Origin: Oceanobacter mangrovi
GTDB lineage: Bacteria; Pseudomonadota; Gammaproteobacteria; Pseudomonadales; Oceanobacteraceae
Direction: 5' to 3'
NCBI RefSeq assembly: GCF_019740315.1
Contig: NZ_JAHXZR010000002.1
Span: forward strand, 1-64,000
DNA: 64,000 bases
This document shows positions 37,308 through 47,636 of the stretch, in pieces (the first letter of the stretch is position 1; the number at the start of each line of letters is the position of its first letter). The notes beneath the pieces were generated by a model that was given only the letters and a program-made list of their open reading frames with translations, searched no databases and had not been told where the DNA came from. The position numbers were made by a program, and so were the translations under genes.

Positions 37308-37434
37308 AAACGGTCTGATGTATGAATTTCGGTATTCTATCCATAACTTTTTGTAGTGCCGAAAAGACTGTTCCGCTAAAGACTGAATGACCGTTAGCAA
37401 CAATAATTAGAAAAAGCGTCGTACAGGACATCTC

Positions 37435-38352
37435 ATGAAAATCCACGTTCTTGGCTCCGCAGCTGGCGGTGGCTTCCCGCAGTGGAATTGTAACTGCGCC
37501 AACTGCAAGGGCTTCCGTGATGGCACCGTGCAGGCTCAGGCTCGTACCCAATCTTCAATTTGTGTTTCCACCGATGGTGAACACTGGCTGCTGTTTAATG
37601 CCTCGCCGGATATTCGTAATCAGCTGGCCTCCTTTGCGCCGTTGCAACCGGCGCGCAAGCTGCGTGATACCGGTATCGAAGCCGTGGTGGTGATGGACGC
37701 CCAGATTGATCACACCACCGGGCTATTGATGTTGCGCGAAGGTCTGCCACTGGATGTTTATTGTACCGACCCGGTTTATGAAGACCTGAGCACAGGCTAC
37801 CCGCTGTTTACCATGCTGAAAAAATGGAATGGCGGTTTGCAGCGCAAGGCTATTTCACTGGATACCGACAGCGGTTTCACAGTGCCGGGTATCGATAACC
37901 TGCGTGTTCATGCGATGCCACTCGACAGCAACGCTCCGCCGTATTCGCCACGCCGTGACAATCCGGTGCCGGGCGACAACATTGGTGTGTTCCTGCAAGA
38001 CACCAACACCGGTGGTTCGGTGTTCTATGCGCCGGGTCTTGGCAAGATTGAACCGCACCTGATTCCGTGGATGGAAAAAGCCGACGTACTGCTGGTGGAT
38101 GGCACCGTCTGGCGCGATGACGAAATGATTGTGCTGGGAGCGGGTAAATCCACCGGCCAGCAGATGGGGCATCTGGCGCAGTCCGGCCCTGGCGGCATGC
38201 TGGAAGTGCTGGCGCAGTATCCCGACAAGCGCAAGGTGTTGATCCACATTAACAACACCAATCCGATTCTGGACGAGAACTCTGAACAACGTGCCATTGT
38301 TGAAAGTCAGGGTGTTGAGATTTCCTTCGACGGAATGGAAATCGAGATTTAA
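37435..38352 (+). CDS. pqqB: PQQ biosynthesis protein PqqB (metallo-beta-lactamase fold)
   Basis: [24 protein letters not shown] is the canonical PqqB N-terminus. 305 aa. Confidence 0.85.
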   Translation: MKIHVLGSAAGGGFPQWNCNCANCKGFRDGTVQAQARTQSSICVSTDGEHWLLFNASPDIRNQLASFAPLQPARKLRDTGIEAVVVMDAQIDHTTGLLMLREGLPLDVYCTDPVYEDLSTGYPLFTMLKKWNGGLQRKAISLDTDSGFTVPGIDNLRVHAMPLDSNAPPYSPRRDNPVPGDNIGVFLQDTNTGGSVFYAPGLGKIEPHLIPWMEKADVLLVDGTVWRDDEMIVLGAGKSTGQQMGHLAQSGPGGMLEVLAQYPDKRKVLIHINNTNPILDENSEQRAIVESQGVEISFDGMEIEI

Positions 38353-38468
38353 CGGTGAACTATTGTTGGTCGGATCAGCCTGTGCCATCCGACCACTGGG
38401 GAAAGCGCAGAACAATAATAAATTCCCCATCGCAGTAAGGCTGCGAACCATATATGAGGTGTTAACGC

Positions 38469-39245
38469 ATGACAGATCAAAACAGCAACCAGCCCTGGTC
38501 CCGCGAGGAATTTGAACAACGCCTGCGTGCCAAGGGCGCGCTGTACCATATTCATCACCCGTACCATGTAGCCATGCACATGGGTGAATGTACCCCGGAA
38601 CAGATTCGGGGCTGGGTTGCCAACCGGTTTTATTACCAGATCATGATCCCGGTGAAAGATGCCAACATCATGGCCAACTGCCGGGACCGCGAAGAGCGTC
38701 GTCAGTGGGTGCAGCGGATTCTGGATCACGATGGTTATGGCGGTGCCCAAGGGGGTATCGAGGCCTGGTTGCAGCTCGGTGAAGCCGTCGGTATTGATCG
38801 TGACACCATGCTGTCACAGGAGCTGGTATTGCCCGGCGTACGTTTCGCCGTTGATGCCTACGTCAACTTTGCCCGGCGCGCCAGCTGGCAGGAAGCGGCC
38901 TGTTCGTCGCTGACCGAAATGTTTGCGCCGGAAATCCACCAGTCACGACTGGATACCTGGCCACAGAATTACCCCTGGATTGACCAGCAAGGGCTGCAAT
39001 ATTTCCGTGGTCGTCTCAGTGAGGCCCGCCGGGATGTCCAACACGGTTTGCGAGTCACGCTGGATCACTTCCAGACCCGTGCCCAGCAGGAACAGGCTCT
39101 GGATATCCTGCAATTCAAACTGGATATCCTCTGGACCATGCTGGATGCCATGACCATGGCCTATTATCTCGACCGCAAGCCCTATCACACGGTAGATGCC
39201 GATGGCATGGGCAACCCGGTGCAGTATCACAAGGGAGTTTACTAA
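38469..39245 (+). CDS. pqqC: Pyrroloquinoline-quinone synthase PqqC
   Basis: 258 aa; [28 protein letters not shown] matches PqqC. Confidence 0.9.
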   Translation: MTDQNSNQPWSREEFEQRLRAKGALYHIHHPYHVAMHMGECTPEQIRGWVANRFYYQIMIPVKDANIMANCRDREERRQWVQRILDHDGYGGAQGGIEAWLQLGEAVGIDRDTMLSQELVLPGVRFAVDAYVNFARRASWQEAACSSLTEMFAPEIHQSRLDTWPQNYPWIDQQGLQYFRGRLSEARRDVQHGLRVTLDHFQTRAQQEQALDILQFKLDILWTMLDAMTMAYYLDRKPYHTVDADGMGNPVQYHKGVY

Positions 39246-39523
39246 TGGCTCTGATGACACCTGAACAGGTGCCGGTTATCAGCTCGATTTACCGCCTGCA
39301 GTGGGAAGACAGCCAGCAGTCGCACGTACTCTTGTACCCGGAAGGTATGGTGCAGCTGAACGGCAGCGCCGGTGAAATCATGGTGATGGTGGATGGTGAG
39401 CGTTCGGTCGCTGAGATTATCAGTGCACTGCAGGCCAAATTCCCCGAAGCTGGTGATTTGACTGACGACATCGTTGAATTTCTGGGAGTAGCCCATGAGC
39501 GACAGTGGATTCAATTCGCCTGA
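39245..39523 (+). CDS. pqqD: PQQ biosynthesis peptide chaperone PqqD
   Basis: 92 aa; start overlaps the pqqC stop; stop overlaps pqq[31 protein letters not shown] is typical. Confidence 0.8.
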   Translation: MALMTPEQVPVISSIYRLQWEDSQQSHVLLYPEGMVQLNGSAGEIMVMVDGERSVAEIISALQAKFPEAGDLTDDIVEFLGVAHERQWIQFA

Positions 39524-40700
39524 GATGCCAGCCAAAACACCAGCCAACCCGCACGGTGCCGGACGACCGTTCTGGCTACTGGCGGAGCTGACTTACAAGT
39601 GCCCGCTGCAATGCACCTATTGCTCAAACCCGCTCGACCTCAAGGGTAGCGGCAAGGAGCTGACGACTGATCAGTGGATCAGTGTGTTTGAGCAGGGGCG
39701 CAAGATGGGAGCCGCTCAGCTGGGTTTTTCCGGCGGTGAACCGCTGGTGCGACAGGATCTGGAAATCCTGATCCGTGAAGCTCGCGCGATGGGCTATTAC
39801 ACCAACCTGATTACCTCCGGGTTGGGGATGGATGATCGCCGGGTGGCTGATTTCAAGGCCGCCGGGCTGGATCATATTCAGGTCAGCTTTCAGGCCAGTT
39901 CCGAAGAACTCAACAATCGGCTGGCCGGTAGTCAGAAAGCCTTTCAGCAAAAACTGGCGATGGCGCGTGAAGTGAAAGAGCAGGGTTATCCGATGGTGCT
40001 CAACTTCGTGATTCATCGTGACAATATTGATGAAATCGACAAGATCATTGAACTGTCGATTGAGCTGAAAGCAGATTTTGTGGAACTGGCAATCGCCCAG
40101 TACTACGGCTGGGCCTTTATCAATCGCGAGCATCTGCTGCCGACCAAAGCCCAGCTACAACGGGCGGAAGCCATTACCAATCAGTATCGCGACAAGCTTG
40201 GCGGTGCCGGGCCGAAGCTGATTTTCGTAACGCCGGACTATTACGAAGAGCGACCCAAAGCCTGTATGAATGGCTGGGGTAATATTTTCCTTACCATCGC
40301 TCCGGACGGCACTGCCTTGCCGTGCCACAGTGCCCGTGAACTACCGATCGACTTCCCCAATGTGCTCGATCACTCGTTAGAGGAAATCTGGTATCGCTCG
40401 ACCGGCTTTAACCACTTCCGTGGTTACGAGTGGATGAAAGAACCTTGTCGCTCCTGTGATGAAAAGGAAAAGGATTTTGGTGGTTGCCGTTGTCAGGCGT
40501 TCAAGCTCACCGGTGATGCCGCCAACGCCGACCCGGTTTGCAGCAAATCGTCTGCCCACGGCAAGATTCTGCAAGCCCGTTACGAGGCCGAGTCGATGGC
40601 GGCTGGCGGAGCTGGTCACAGTCCCAAACTGGCCCGTAACACGCATAACCAGCAAGCAGCACTGGCGTTAAATGAACGCAACATCATCGCCCGTTCATAA
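39495..40700 (+). CDS. pqqE: Radical SAM / SPASM enzyme PqqE
   Basis: [10 protein letters not shown] radical-SAM cluster motif and C-terminal SPASM cysteines ([19 protein letters not shown]). Confidence 0.9.
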   Translation: MSDSGFNSPEMPAKTPANPHGAGRPFWLLAELTYKCPLQCTYCSNPLDLKGSGKELTTDQWISVFEQGRKMGAAQLGFSGGEPLVRQDLEILIREARAMGYYTNLITSGLGMDDRRVADFKAAGLDHIQVSFQASSEELNNRLAGSQKAFQQKLAMAREVKEQGYPMVLNFVIHRDNIDEIDKIIELSIELKADFVELAIAQYYGWAFINREHLLPTKAQLQRAEAITNQYRDKLGGAGPKLIFVTPDYYEERPKACMNGWGNIFLTIAPDGTALPCHSARELPIDFPNVLDHSLEEIWYRSTGFNHFRGYEWMKEPCRSCDEKEKDFGGCRCQAFKLTGDAANADPVCSKSSAHGKILQARYEAESMAAGGAGHSPKLARNTHNQQAALALNERNIIARS

Positions 40701-42708
40701 GGACAGCCTGCGAGCGGCCCAACAGGGTAAACAGTGGGCAGAACTGAGAACCGCGGGTAACTGGTTGGGCTGGCTGGAATTCGATCCGCTGCTGGCCAGT
40801 AACCGCATTTGTCTGGCCAATCTGAATCGCCCGGATCTGTTTGAGTATCCCTTGCCGCAGTTCAGCAGTCGCAGCCGGGTGCATGAATACGGTGGTGGTA
40901 GCTGGTGTTTGTGGTCTGGCTCAGCACATCAGGAGACTGCTGCAGGCCTCGCGTTTGTGAACGAAAAAGATCAGCGCATTTATTGGCTGGAGTTAACCGA
41001 CGACGGGGATGTATCACAATTGCCAGAGCCAGTCTGCCTCTGGTGGGCTCCGCACTGTCGCTACGGCGATCTGATATTCGATCCTGTGTTCCAGCGTATT
41101 GTTGCGGTGGAAGAAGACCACAGCGGAGTTGAGCAGGGCACTGCCAAGGAAGCAGTGAACCGGCTGGTGGCGATTGCGCTGACGGGGGAGCGCTCGGTGC
41201 TGGCCGAGGGCTGTGATTTTTATTCCAGCCCTGCGCTGGATTCAACTTCCTCACAACTGGCCTGGTTAAGCTGGAACCACCCCTGGCAACCCTGGCTGGC
41301 AACCAGTCTGACACTGGCTTCGCTGGACGACACCGGGGGCGTTGCTGATATTAGCTGGCAGTTTAATGCCGAGCTGGATGACATCTCCTGTGTACAGCCG
41401 GGATTTGACTCTGCTGATCGGCTGGTTTGGGTTAGTGATCATCTGAGCCCGACAGCCGGGATGGATCAGGCGGAATCCAGCTGGAATTTATACCGTTATC
41501 ATTCAATCTCTGCAGATTCAGCTGCCGAGGTTGAATCCCTGTGTCCCTCCGACGCGGAATTTGCAGCAGCACAATGGCAGCTGGGCGGCCGTCATTGGGC
41601 CTGTTTACCGGGTAATACATTGGTCGCCGCATTTACGCAGCAAGGACAGGCGGGATTTGGCCAGCTGTTTGAGCAAGGCATACAGACGCTGACGCAGGGA
41701 ATATCAGATGCCGCCCGCTATCATTCAGTGGTCGCCAATCATCAGCGGTTGCAATGCTTTACCATGGTTGAAAGCCAGTTGGGTGGGCCGATGATTGCCA
41801 GCTGGCAGCAGATGGATTATGGCCTGCAGGCATCGGCTTCCTGTTTGTTTCGCCTGCAGCCGGGTGCTGAAGAGCTGGTCGAGACATCAATAGCGATCAG
41901 CCGCCCGCAGCTATTAACGATTCCGTTGCCTGACTCGATGGCGACAGCCGCCGTACAACAGTTATATGGCTGGTTTTATCCGGCCGTTGCGGCAGCGGCT
42001 GACAAGCGTTTGATTATCCAGCTGCATGGCGGTCCGACGGCCTTTGCCGACAGCAGCTTTGATGCTCAGCGGCAGTTCTGGTGCGATCAGGGCTTTGCTG
42101 TGCTGGTGCTGAATTATCGCGGCAGCTCCGGCTTTGGTCGCAGTTATCGTCATGCCCTGCAGCGACGCTGGGGAATCACCGACATTGAAGACGTGTTTGT
42201 CGCCTGCGATTTTATCTGTCAGCAAGGGCTGGCAAACCATGGCCAGATTTTTGTGCGCGGCAACAGTGCTGGTGGTTATAGCGTCTTGCAGGTGTTAGCT
42301 CAGGCGGAAGCGGCTCAACACGGTATTGCCGGTGGCGCCAGTTTATATGGCATCAGCGACTTACTGCTGCTGAATCAATTCACTCACAAATTTGAGTCGC
42401 ACTATTTGCACTGGCTGATTGGTGATGCGGCAACGGAGCAGGATATCTACCGGCAACGTTCGCCGATTGAGCAGCTCGACAGCTTTCAGCTGCCAGTGAT
42501 CTTCTTTCAGGGCAGCCTCGACAAAGTAGTGCCTCCGGCCCAGACGCGGGATATTTTTGATGCCCTGCAGCATCGGGGAATTGAATCGGAATACCAGCTG
42601 TTTGAAGGCGAGGGCCACGGCTTCCGCAAGGCAGCAAACCGGGCTTTGTTATTAGAACGGGAGTTGGCGTTTTACCAGCGGTTGGTCCGCAGTGACGTTA
42701 TTGTATAA
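40672..42708 (+). CDS. S9 prolyl-oligopeptidase-family peptidase associated with the pqq operon (PqqH/PqqG-like)
   Basis: C-terminal alpha/beta-hydrolase region with GNSAGG nucleophile elbow and downstream catalytic Asp/His (GSLDKVV; GEGHGF). Start overlaps pqqE. Confidence 0.7.
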   Translation: MNATSSPVHKDSLRAAQQGKQWAELRTAGNWLGWLEFDPLLASNRICLANLNRPDLFEYPLPQFSSRSRVHEYGGGSWCLWSGSAHQETAAGLAFVNEKDQRIYWLELTDDGDVSQLPEPVCLWWAPHCRYGDLIFDPVFQRIVAVEEDHSGVEQGTAKEAVNRLVAIALTGERSVLAEGCDFYSSPALDSTSSQLAWLSWNHPWQPWLATSLTLASLDDTGGVADISWQFNAELDDISCVQPGFDSADRLVWVSDHLSPTAGMDQAESSWNLYRYHSISADSAAEVESLCPSDAEFAAAQWQLGGRHWACLPGNTLVAAFTQQGQAGFGQLFEQGIQTLTQGISDAARYHSVVANHQRLQCFTMVESQLGGPMIASWQQMDYGLQASASCLFRLQPGAEELVETSIAISRPQLLTIPLPDSMATAAVQQLYGWFYPAVAAAADKRLIIQLHGGPTAFADSSFDAQRQFWCDQGFAVLVLNYRGSSGFGRSYRHALQRRWGITDIEDVFVACDFICQQGLANHGQIFVRGNSAGGYSVLQVLAQAEAAQHGIAGGASLYGISDLLLLNQFTHKFESHYLHWLIGDAATEQDIYRQRSPIEQLDSFQLPVIFFQGSLDKVVPPAQTRDIFDALQHRGIESEYQLFEGEGHGFRKAANRALLLERELAFYQRLVRSDVIV

Positions 42709-42740
42709 AGCGGAGCGGCCGGGCGAATCAGAATGAATCC
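42697..42740. repeat. Direct repeat copy 1 (about 44 bp) overlapping the pqqH-like stop codon
   Basis: GTTATTGTATAAAGCGGAGCGGCCGGGCGAATCAGAATGAATCC; about 40/44 identical to copy 2. Confidence 0.55.
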
Positions 42741-42855
42741 CGGGGCAAGCCCGGGATGACGGTGGTGGTATAGCGGTTTGATTGATTTTAACCCGTCTTC
42801 CCGAACGAGCTTGCGAGATTCGGGATCCATACGGCAATACCGGGTTCAACGGTTG

Positions 42856-42899
42856 GTTATTTTATAAAGCGGAGCGGCTGGACGAATCAGCATGGATCG
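42856..42899. repeat. Direct repeat copy 2 (about 44 bp), abutting the stop of the lipoprotein gene
   Basis: GTTATTTTATAAAGCGGAGCGGCTGGACGAATCAGCATGGATCG; 159 bp from copy 1. Confidence 0.55.
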
Positions 42900-42901
42900 A
42901 C

Positions 42902-43498
42902 TCAGGGATTCAGCTCCAGCTTCTTGTCGCGACCACGGTAGTCTTCCACCATCCGGCCCTTGAATTCCCGCCGTTCATCAATTACTTCCTGCAAAGAGTC
43001 TGTATCAACCCAGAGCTGTGGCACCTGAAACTGCTGCGGGCCACATTCCATTGCCAGACCAGTTTGCATGGTGAACCATTTACCATCGTAGAAAACTTCG
43101 AAACTGCCATTTTGCTGGCGACCAAGAATCTTGTAGGCGCCCTGATCGCCAACATTTTCTACCCCGAATGGTAACCCAAGACCACGTTCGAAGCTGATTG
43201 CGACAATATTTTCAGTTGCAAGCAGTGAAACCCCGGGAGTCCATTCGTCGGCCTGCAGTTTGATGTCATAAGTGCCATCACGCTGAATCAGCACGCCCTT
43301 CTTGACCATGCTGTCATCGATCTTGTCGTGGAACGAGATGCTTACCCCCGGACACACAAAATATTGCAGCTTCATCATCTCTTCGTCAGAGATTTTTTCC
43401 TGTTGGCGCAACTCCTGGGTCATTGGAATGTAGGAAGGAGCGCTACAGCCTGCCAGCGACAAGCAGATAAACAGACCGAAAATACTGGGCTTGTTCAT
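42902..43498 (-). CDS. Hypothetical lipoprotein
   Basis: Signal peptide with lipobox LSLAGC (MNKPSIFGLFICLSLAGCSAP). About 198 aa. No recognisable family. Confidence 0.45.
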   Translation of the reverse strand: MNKPSIFGLFICLSLAGCSAPSYIPMTQELRQQEKISDEEMMKLQYFVCPGVSISFHDKIDDSMVKKGVLIQRDGTYDIKLQADEWTPGVSLLATENIVAISFERGLGLPFGVENVGDQGAYKILGRQQNGSFEVFYDGKWFTMQTGLAMECGPQQFQVPQLWVDTDSLQEVIDERREFKGRMVEDYRGRDKKLELNP

Positions 43499-43522
43499 AT
43501 TCTGGTGATATTCCATCAGTGA

Positions 43523-44299
43523 ATGAGGCGAGAACTATTCTTGTCTGGCAAAATCCATTACAACAAGGCGAATGAAACTTTACCCGATGTTATGGGTAAT
43601 GCCGACAGCTTAATAACTTTTTTACAGTATAACGCGTTAAACAGAGGGGAATGGACAGTGAAAATCTGGGACGGATTTATTCGTGGCTACCACTGGCTGC
43701 AGCTGGTGTTAATTGGAGGCTGCTGGTGGACTGCCGAGGAGGCTGAAATGGGCTGGCATATGACGTTGGCGGCCTGTCTGGGGGCATTGTGGATTACCCG
43801 TATCCTGTGGGGTTTTATCGGTTCGGAAAACGCCCGTTTTACATCCTTTATCAAAGGCCCAGGTGCTATTCGCCAATATGCTGCCAGCATATTGTCAGGC
43901 AAACCGACAAATCATACCGGTCACAATCCAATGGGGGCGTTGATGGTTGTAGCATTGTTACTGGTTATCGGCATGCAATGGGTATCTGGTTTATTTGCCA
44001 CCGATGAAATTTTTACCGAAGGACCACTGGTGCAATATGTATCGGCTGAAACCGCCACGACGTTTTCGCAACTGCATCACCTGATATTTAATTTTATTAT
44101 CGGTTTTGTGGTGATCCACGTACTGGCGGTGATTGTATATCGGATCAAGGGTGAGCGGCTGGCGGAGGCCATGGTTAGCGGCAAACGCAAGGATATGGTA
44201 GATGCTGACGTCACTGCGCCGAAGCTGAAAAATGGCCTGATCGCCTGGGCAATGTTTTTGCCAATCTGGGGTGGTTGTTACTACTGGATTGTTGGTTGA
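43523..44299 (+). CDS. Cytochrome b (Ni/Fe-hydrogenase b-type / cytochrome b561 family, PF01292). The true start is probably internal (GTG at about 43658 or ATG 43592).
   Basis: IWDGFIRGYHWLQLVL...four TM helices with conserved His pairs (HNPMGAL...; HHLIFNFIIGFVVIHVL). Confidence 0.65.
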   Translation: MRRELFLSGKIHYNKANETLPDVMGNADSLITFLQYNALNRGEWTVKIWDGFIRGYHWLQLVLIGGCWWTAEEAEMGWHMTLAACLGALWITRILWGFIGSENARFTSFIKGPGAIRQYAASILSGKPTNHTGHNPMGALMVVALLLVIGMQWVSGLFATDEIFTEGPLVQYVSAETATTFSQLHHLIFNFIIGFVVIHVLAVIVYRIKGERLAEAMVSGKRKDMVDADVTAPKLKNGLIAWAMFLPIWGGCYYWIVG

Positions 44300-44317
44300 T
44301 TCGGAGAACAGACAAAG

Positions 44318-44340
44318 CCGGGTTGCTGTTGCAACCCGGC
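44318..44340 (+). terminator. Perfect stem-loop downstream of the cytochrome b gene
   Basis: GCCGGGTTGC-tgt-TGCAACCCGGC followed by TTGAT. Confidence 0.5.
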
Positions 44341-44349
44341 TTGATCAAC

Positions 44350-44420
44350 CTGGCAAGGCATGCCTTGCCCCTACGCAGGTGAATTTACACCGCCTGCGTA
44401 GGGTCCCGACATGTCGGGAC
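44350..44420. repeat. REP-like triple-hairpin element, copy B
   Basis: GGCAAGGCATGCCTTGCC (18-bp palindrome) + CCTACGCAGG-tgaatttacaccg-CCTGCGTAGG + GTCCCGACATGTCGGGAC (18-bp palindrome). Confidence 0.65.
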
Positions 44421-44454
44421 AACGGCTCTGGTATGCTGGCAGGCCTTTTACAAA

Positions 44455-44913
44455 TTAACGATTTTTGTAATCGGTATGGCAAGCCTTGCAGTTTTTGGCG
44501 GCTTCCATAAAGGCTGGCTTGATGGTGTCCAGATTGCCGGATTTGGCAGCCGCAGACAGCGCAGCGGTATCAGACACAAACTTGTTCATTTTGGTCTTGA
44601 AGCCGTCCATGTCTTCCCATACGGCTGGTTTGGCCTTGGTGTCGCCCTTGTCGGAACCTGGATAGGTAAAACCTTCCAGACCCATCTTGGCCAGTGCCGC
44701 CATGCTGTCTGCACGGTATTGGAATTCAGCGGCGTCGAAATCCTTTTTACCCTTGATCATGTCGCCCATCTGGCCAGTGTGTGCACCGACCAGGTGAAAT
44801 ACGGACTGACGAAATTCGATGGCGTCTTCAGCGTCTTCCATGGCGTGAGCAGAAGCAATACTGGCTGCGGTAATCATGGAAGCAGTTACGATGGCCTTGA
44901 AATTCAGTTTCAT
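44455..44913 (-). CDS. Cytochrome c' (class II cytochrome c, NO/CO-binding)
   Basis: Signal peptide, four-helix-bundle length (152 aa), and a single haem-binding CKACH near the C-terminus. Confidence 0.8.
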   Translation of the reverse strand: MKLNFKAIVTASMITAASIASAHAMEDAEDAIEFRQSVFHLVGAHTGQMGDMIKGKKDFDAAEFQYRADSMAALAKMGLEGFTYPGSDKGDTKAKPAVWEDMDGFKTKMNKFVSDTAALSAAAKSGNLDTIKPAFMEAAKNCKACHTDYKNR

Positions 44914-45041
44914 GAGGTTCCCTTTTTAACGGTCATGGGTGTAACAGGTGATGTTATTACTTGAATCTTAAATAGACCTGAACAAAAAGGGAATTACTCG
45001 CGACCGCTTCTCATTGTCGCAGCTGTCTCTGGTCTGGTTGT

Positions 45042-45794
45042 TCACCCTTCAAACAAGCTCAGTGAATCTGCCGCGAGCCTTGCTGCATGCTGCTTGAGGT
45101 CCAGAGGGGTTTCTGCCAGATCGGTTTCAAGATTGCTGAAATAAGGGATATGACCCAAATTTGGAACCTTGTGTTTTGCGAAGGCCTGCAGCAAATAATC
45201 CATATTGGCGTTTTCGACTTCCATCGCCGGGCTCAGGCTGTTGGCAACCCAGCCCGCGACGTCCAGTCCGGATGCCTGAATTGCCTGCAAGGTCAGCATG
45301 GCGTGGTTGATACAGCCGAGGCGCAGGCCAACCACCAGAATCACTTTTAATGGTCGGGTTTTGTTCAGCTCGACCGCCAGGTCCGCCAGCGTATGCTGGT
45401 TGTTGATTGGCACCAGCCAGCCACCGGCACCTTCGACCAGTTCAACGTCGGCGCTGCTTTGATCCAGACTGTGGTGGCAGGCTGCCAGCAGGCCATCCAG
45501 TGTCAGTGGGCTGCCTGTTTGTTCAGCGGCGATATGCGGCGCGATAGCGGCCTGCAGTGCAATCGGGTTGTGTACGGCATAGTCCAGCGCCGGAGCACTG
45601 AACATCTGGTGCAGTAGAGCATCGGAATTTTTCAGCTGACCATCGGCATCCTGTTCACAGCCCGCAGCCACGGGTTTCAGACCAAAAGTCGACAACCCGT
45701 GTTGTTGTGCCGACGCCAGGATGGCGGCCGATACCAGGGTTTTGCCAGCGTCAGTATCGGTGCCGGTAATGAAAAAGCGCTGTTTGGCAGCCAT
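45042..45794 (-). CDS. bioD: Dethiobiotin synthetase BioD
   Basis: MAAKQRFFITGTDTDAGKT P-loop, typical of BioD. Start at 45792-45794; the longer ORF to 46007 is rejected. Confidence 0.85.
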   Translation of the reverse strand: MAAKQRFFITGTDTDAGKTLVSAAILASAQQHGLSTFGLKPVAAGCEQDADGQLKNSDALLHQMFSAPALDYAVHNPIALQAAIAPHIAAEQTGSPLTLDGLLAACHHSLDQSSADVELVEGAGGWLVPINNQHTLADLAVELNKTRPLKVILVVGLRLGCINHAMLTLQAIQASGLDVAGWVANSLSPAMEVENANMDYLLQAFAKHKVPNLGHIPYFSNLETDLAETPLDLKQHAARLAADSLSLFEG

Positions 45795-45864
45795 GGGGAA
45801 ACTCCGGAAATTCGAGATGATCAGGTGCTGAGATTCAGGTTGCTGGTATTCAGGTTGCTGGTAT

Positions 45865-46809
45865 TCAGGTCGTTTGAGATTCAGGTTTGTACGCAATAAA
45901 CCAGCACAGCTGATAACTGAGCGGACAATGGCCGTTGTTGTCTTTGGGGTAGTACTGCTCGAACAGTCGTACCAGCTGACGTCCGGCCAAACCCGGGCGG
46001 CGGCCACTGTTTACATTGGTGGCACCAATGGCTTTCAGACCTTTTAACAAGGCAGTGACCGACGAGTAATCTTCCTGCAGCAGGCCGGTTTGCCATTGCT
46101 GCAGCTGCCAGCCACTGTTGGCCAACGCCTGTTGCAGCACCGGTTCAGTCACGAAGTTGTTAACGTGACGGTACTGGTCGATCTGTTGCCAGGTGCTGGC
46201 AATTTCTGCATGGGTGCCCGGCAGCAGGGTGGCGACGGCGAGGGTGGCGCCTGGCTGTGCCGCCCGAAACCATTCTCTCAGGGTTAACTCCGGATCTTCC
46301 GACCACTGCAGCATCAGGCTGGACAAAATGCCATTGGCGAGCAGCCTGCTTTTGCCATTCTGACCACCGCCGGTACTCTCCGGCTGAATCGGCAGCTGAT
46401 CCGCATCGGCCTGGCTGAAACGCACCGGGCAGGGCAGGGATTCAGCTTTCTGGCGGGCGATTCTGAGCATGCCATCGGCCAGGTCGATGCCGTGCAGGCT
46501 GCTGGCACCGAGCAACTGCAGTGGCTGCAGACCCATGCCGGTGCCACAACCGATATCGAGCCAGTGGCCGTTGATACCGTCCGGGTGCTGTTGTTGCAGC
46601 AAGCGGATCAGCTGATTCAGTGCCTGTTGTTGAATCGACGCGGCGCTGTCATAGCTGCTGGCCGCACGACTGAACTGGCGGCTGACCTGGTTTTTGTCAC
46701 GCAGCGGCTGTGGGCTGCTGGTTTGCTGGTCAGTCGTTTGTTGATCCGCTGCTTGTTGATCGGTCGCTTGTTGATCAGCTGCCAGAGTAGCTGGAGTTAA
46801 ATTGCTCAT
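45865..46809 (-). CDS. bioC: Malonyl-[ACP] O-methyltransferase BioC
   Basis: SAM-MTase motif LDIGCGTGMG; bioC position between bioH and bioD. N-terminal low-complexity (ADQQ/TDQQ)n encoded by 15-bp tandem repeats. Confidence 0.8.
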   Translation of the reverse strand: MSNLTPATLAADQQATDQQAADQQTTDQQTSSPQPLRDKNQVSRQFSRAASSYDSAASIQQQALNQLIRLLQQQHPDGINGHWLDIGCGTGMGLQPLQLLGASSLHGIDLADGMLRIARQKAESLPCPVRFSQADADQLPIQPESTGGGQNGKSRLLANGILSSLMLQWSEDPELTLREWFRAAQPGATLAVATLLPGTHAEIASTWQQIDQYRHVNNFVTEPVLQQALANSGWQLQQWQTGLLQEDYSSVTALLKGLKAIGATNVNSGRRPGLAGRQLVRLFEQYYPKDNNGHCPLSYQLCWFIAYKPESQTT

Positions 46810-47636
46810 TAATGACTTCCTGCCAGCAGTTGCAGGCGTTGGATCAGGGCATCTTGTAGATCGGCTTCCAGCACAGCTGCGTGGCTTTGGCCGTGGTTTG
46901 CAAGCTGTTTGGCCTGCAAGTCGCCCGGCGTCAGGGCATCACTGCTGGCGTACCAAACGGCACTGTCGGTCAGGTTCTGCAGCGGATATTGCTGATTGAG
47001 GTCGTATTGGGTCAGCCACTGCAACGTGGTGGCCAGCAAGGTTTGATTGCTGGACTCATCGCTGTTCTGCAGCGGTAACTGGAATTGAGCCAGTTCGCTG
47101 GCCAGATTTTTGGCGTTATCCGCACCCTGACAGCACAACATCAAAAAGCGTTTGAGGGTTTTGGCGGGCAGCTTGTCGAAACCGGCACAGAATGCTTCAA
47201 AGGTATCCGACGCCATACCGCTGTCACCGGCTTGTTGCTGTAAAAAGCGGTTGCCGGTGGCCAACACGGTCAGGCTTTGAGCCGCTTGCGGCTTGTTAGC
47301 GAGCTGGCTGCAACAGGCTTGCGCCAGCGCGCCGCCCAATGACCAGCCGATCCAGTGGGCTGGTCGCGATTGTGCTGTTTGTTGTTGATCTGTATGGCCT
47401 GGGCTGCTGCTTATCAATTCAACCGCCGCTGCAAAATCTGCTGTGGCAGACTTTTCTTGCAGCGCTGCCCACAAGGCCCGGTAGTCAAGGCCGTAGTGTT
47501 GACCGGGCAGTTGCTGGCTGATGGCGGCAAAAATATCGGCGCTGAAGCTCCAGCCCGGCAGCCAATAATAAACAGCGCCTTCATTTGAACCTAGTTTGGC
47601 GGTCGCAGATGGCAAGGCGTGCCAGATAGCGGTCAT
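46809..47636 (-). CDS. bioH: Pimeloyl-[ACP] methyl ester esterase BioH (alpha/beta hydrolase)
   Basis: GWSLGGALA nucleophile elbow. 275 aa. Start and stop overlap bioF and bioC. Confidence 0.7.
   Translation of the reverse strand: MTAIWHALPSATAKLGSNEGAVYYWLPGWSFSADIFAAISQQLPGQHYGLDYRALWAALQEKSATADFAAAVELISSSPGHTDQQQTAQSRPAHWIGWSLGGALAQACCSQLANKPQAAQSLTVLATGNRFLQQQAGDSGMASDTFEAFCAGFDKLPAKTLKRFLMLCCQGADNAKNLASELAQFQLPLQNSDESSNQTLLATTLQWLTQYDLNQQYPLQNLTDSAVWYASSDALTPGDLQAKQLANHGQSHAAVLEADLQDALIQRLQLLAGSH

Noticed and set aside
45795-46007. N-terminal extension of the bioD ORF
   Set aside because: BioD homology starts at MAAKQRFFITG. The extension overlaps bioC and the tandem-repeat tract.
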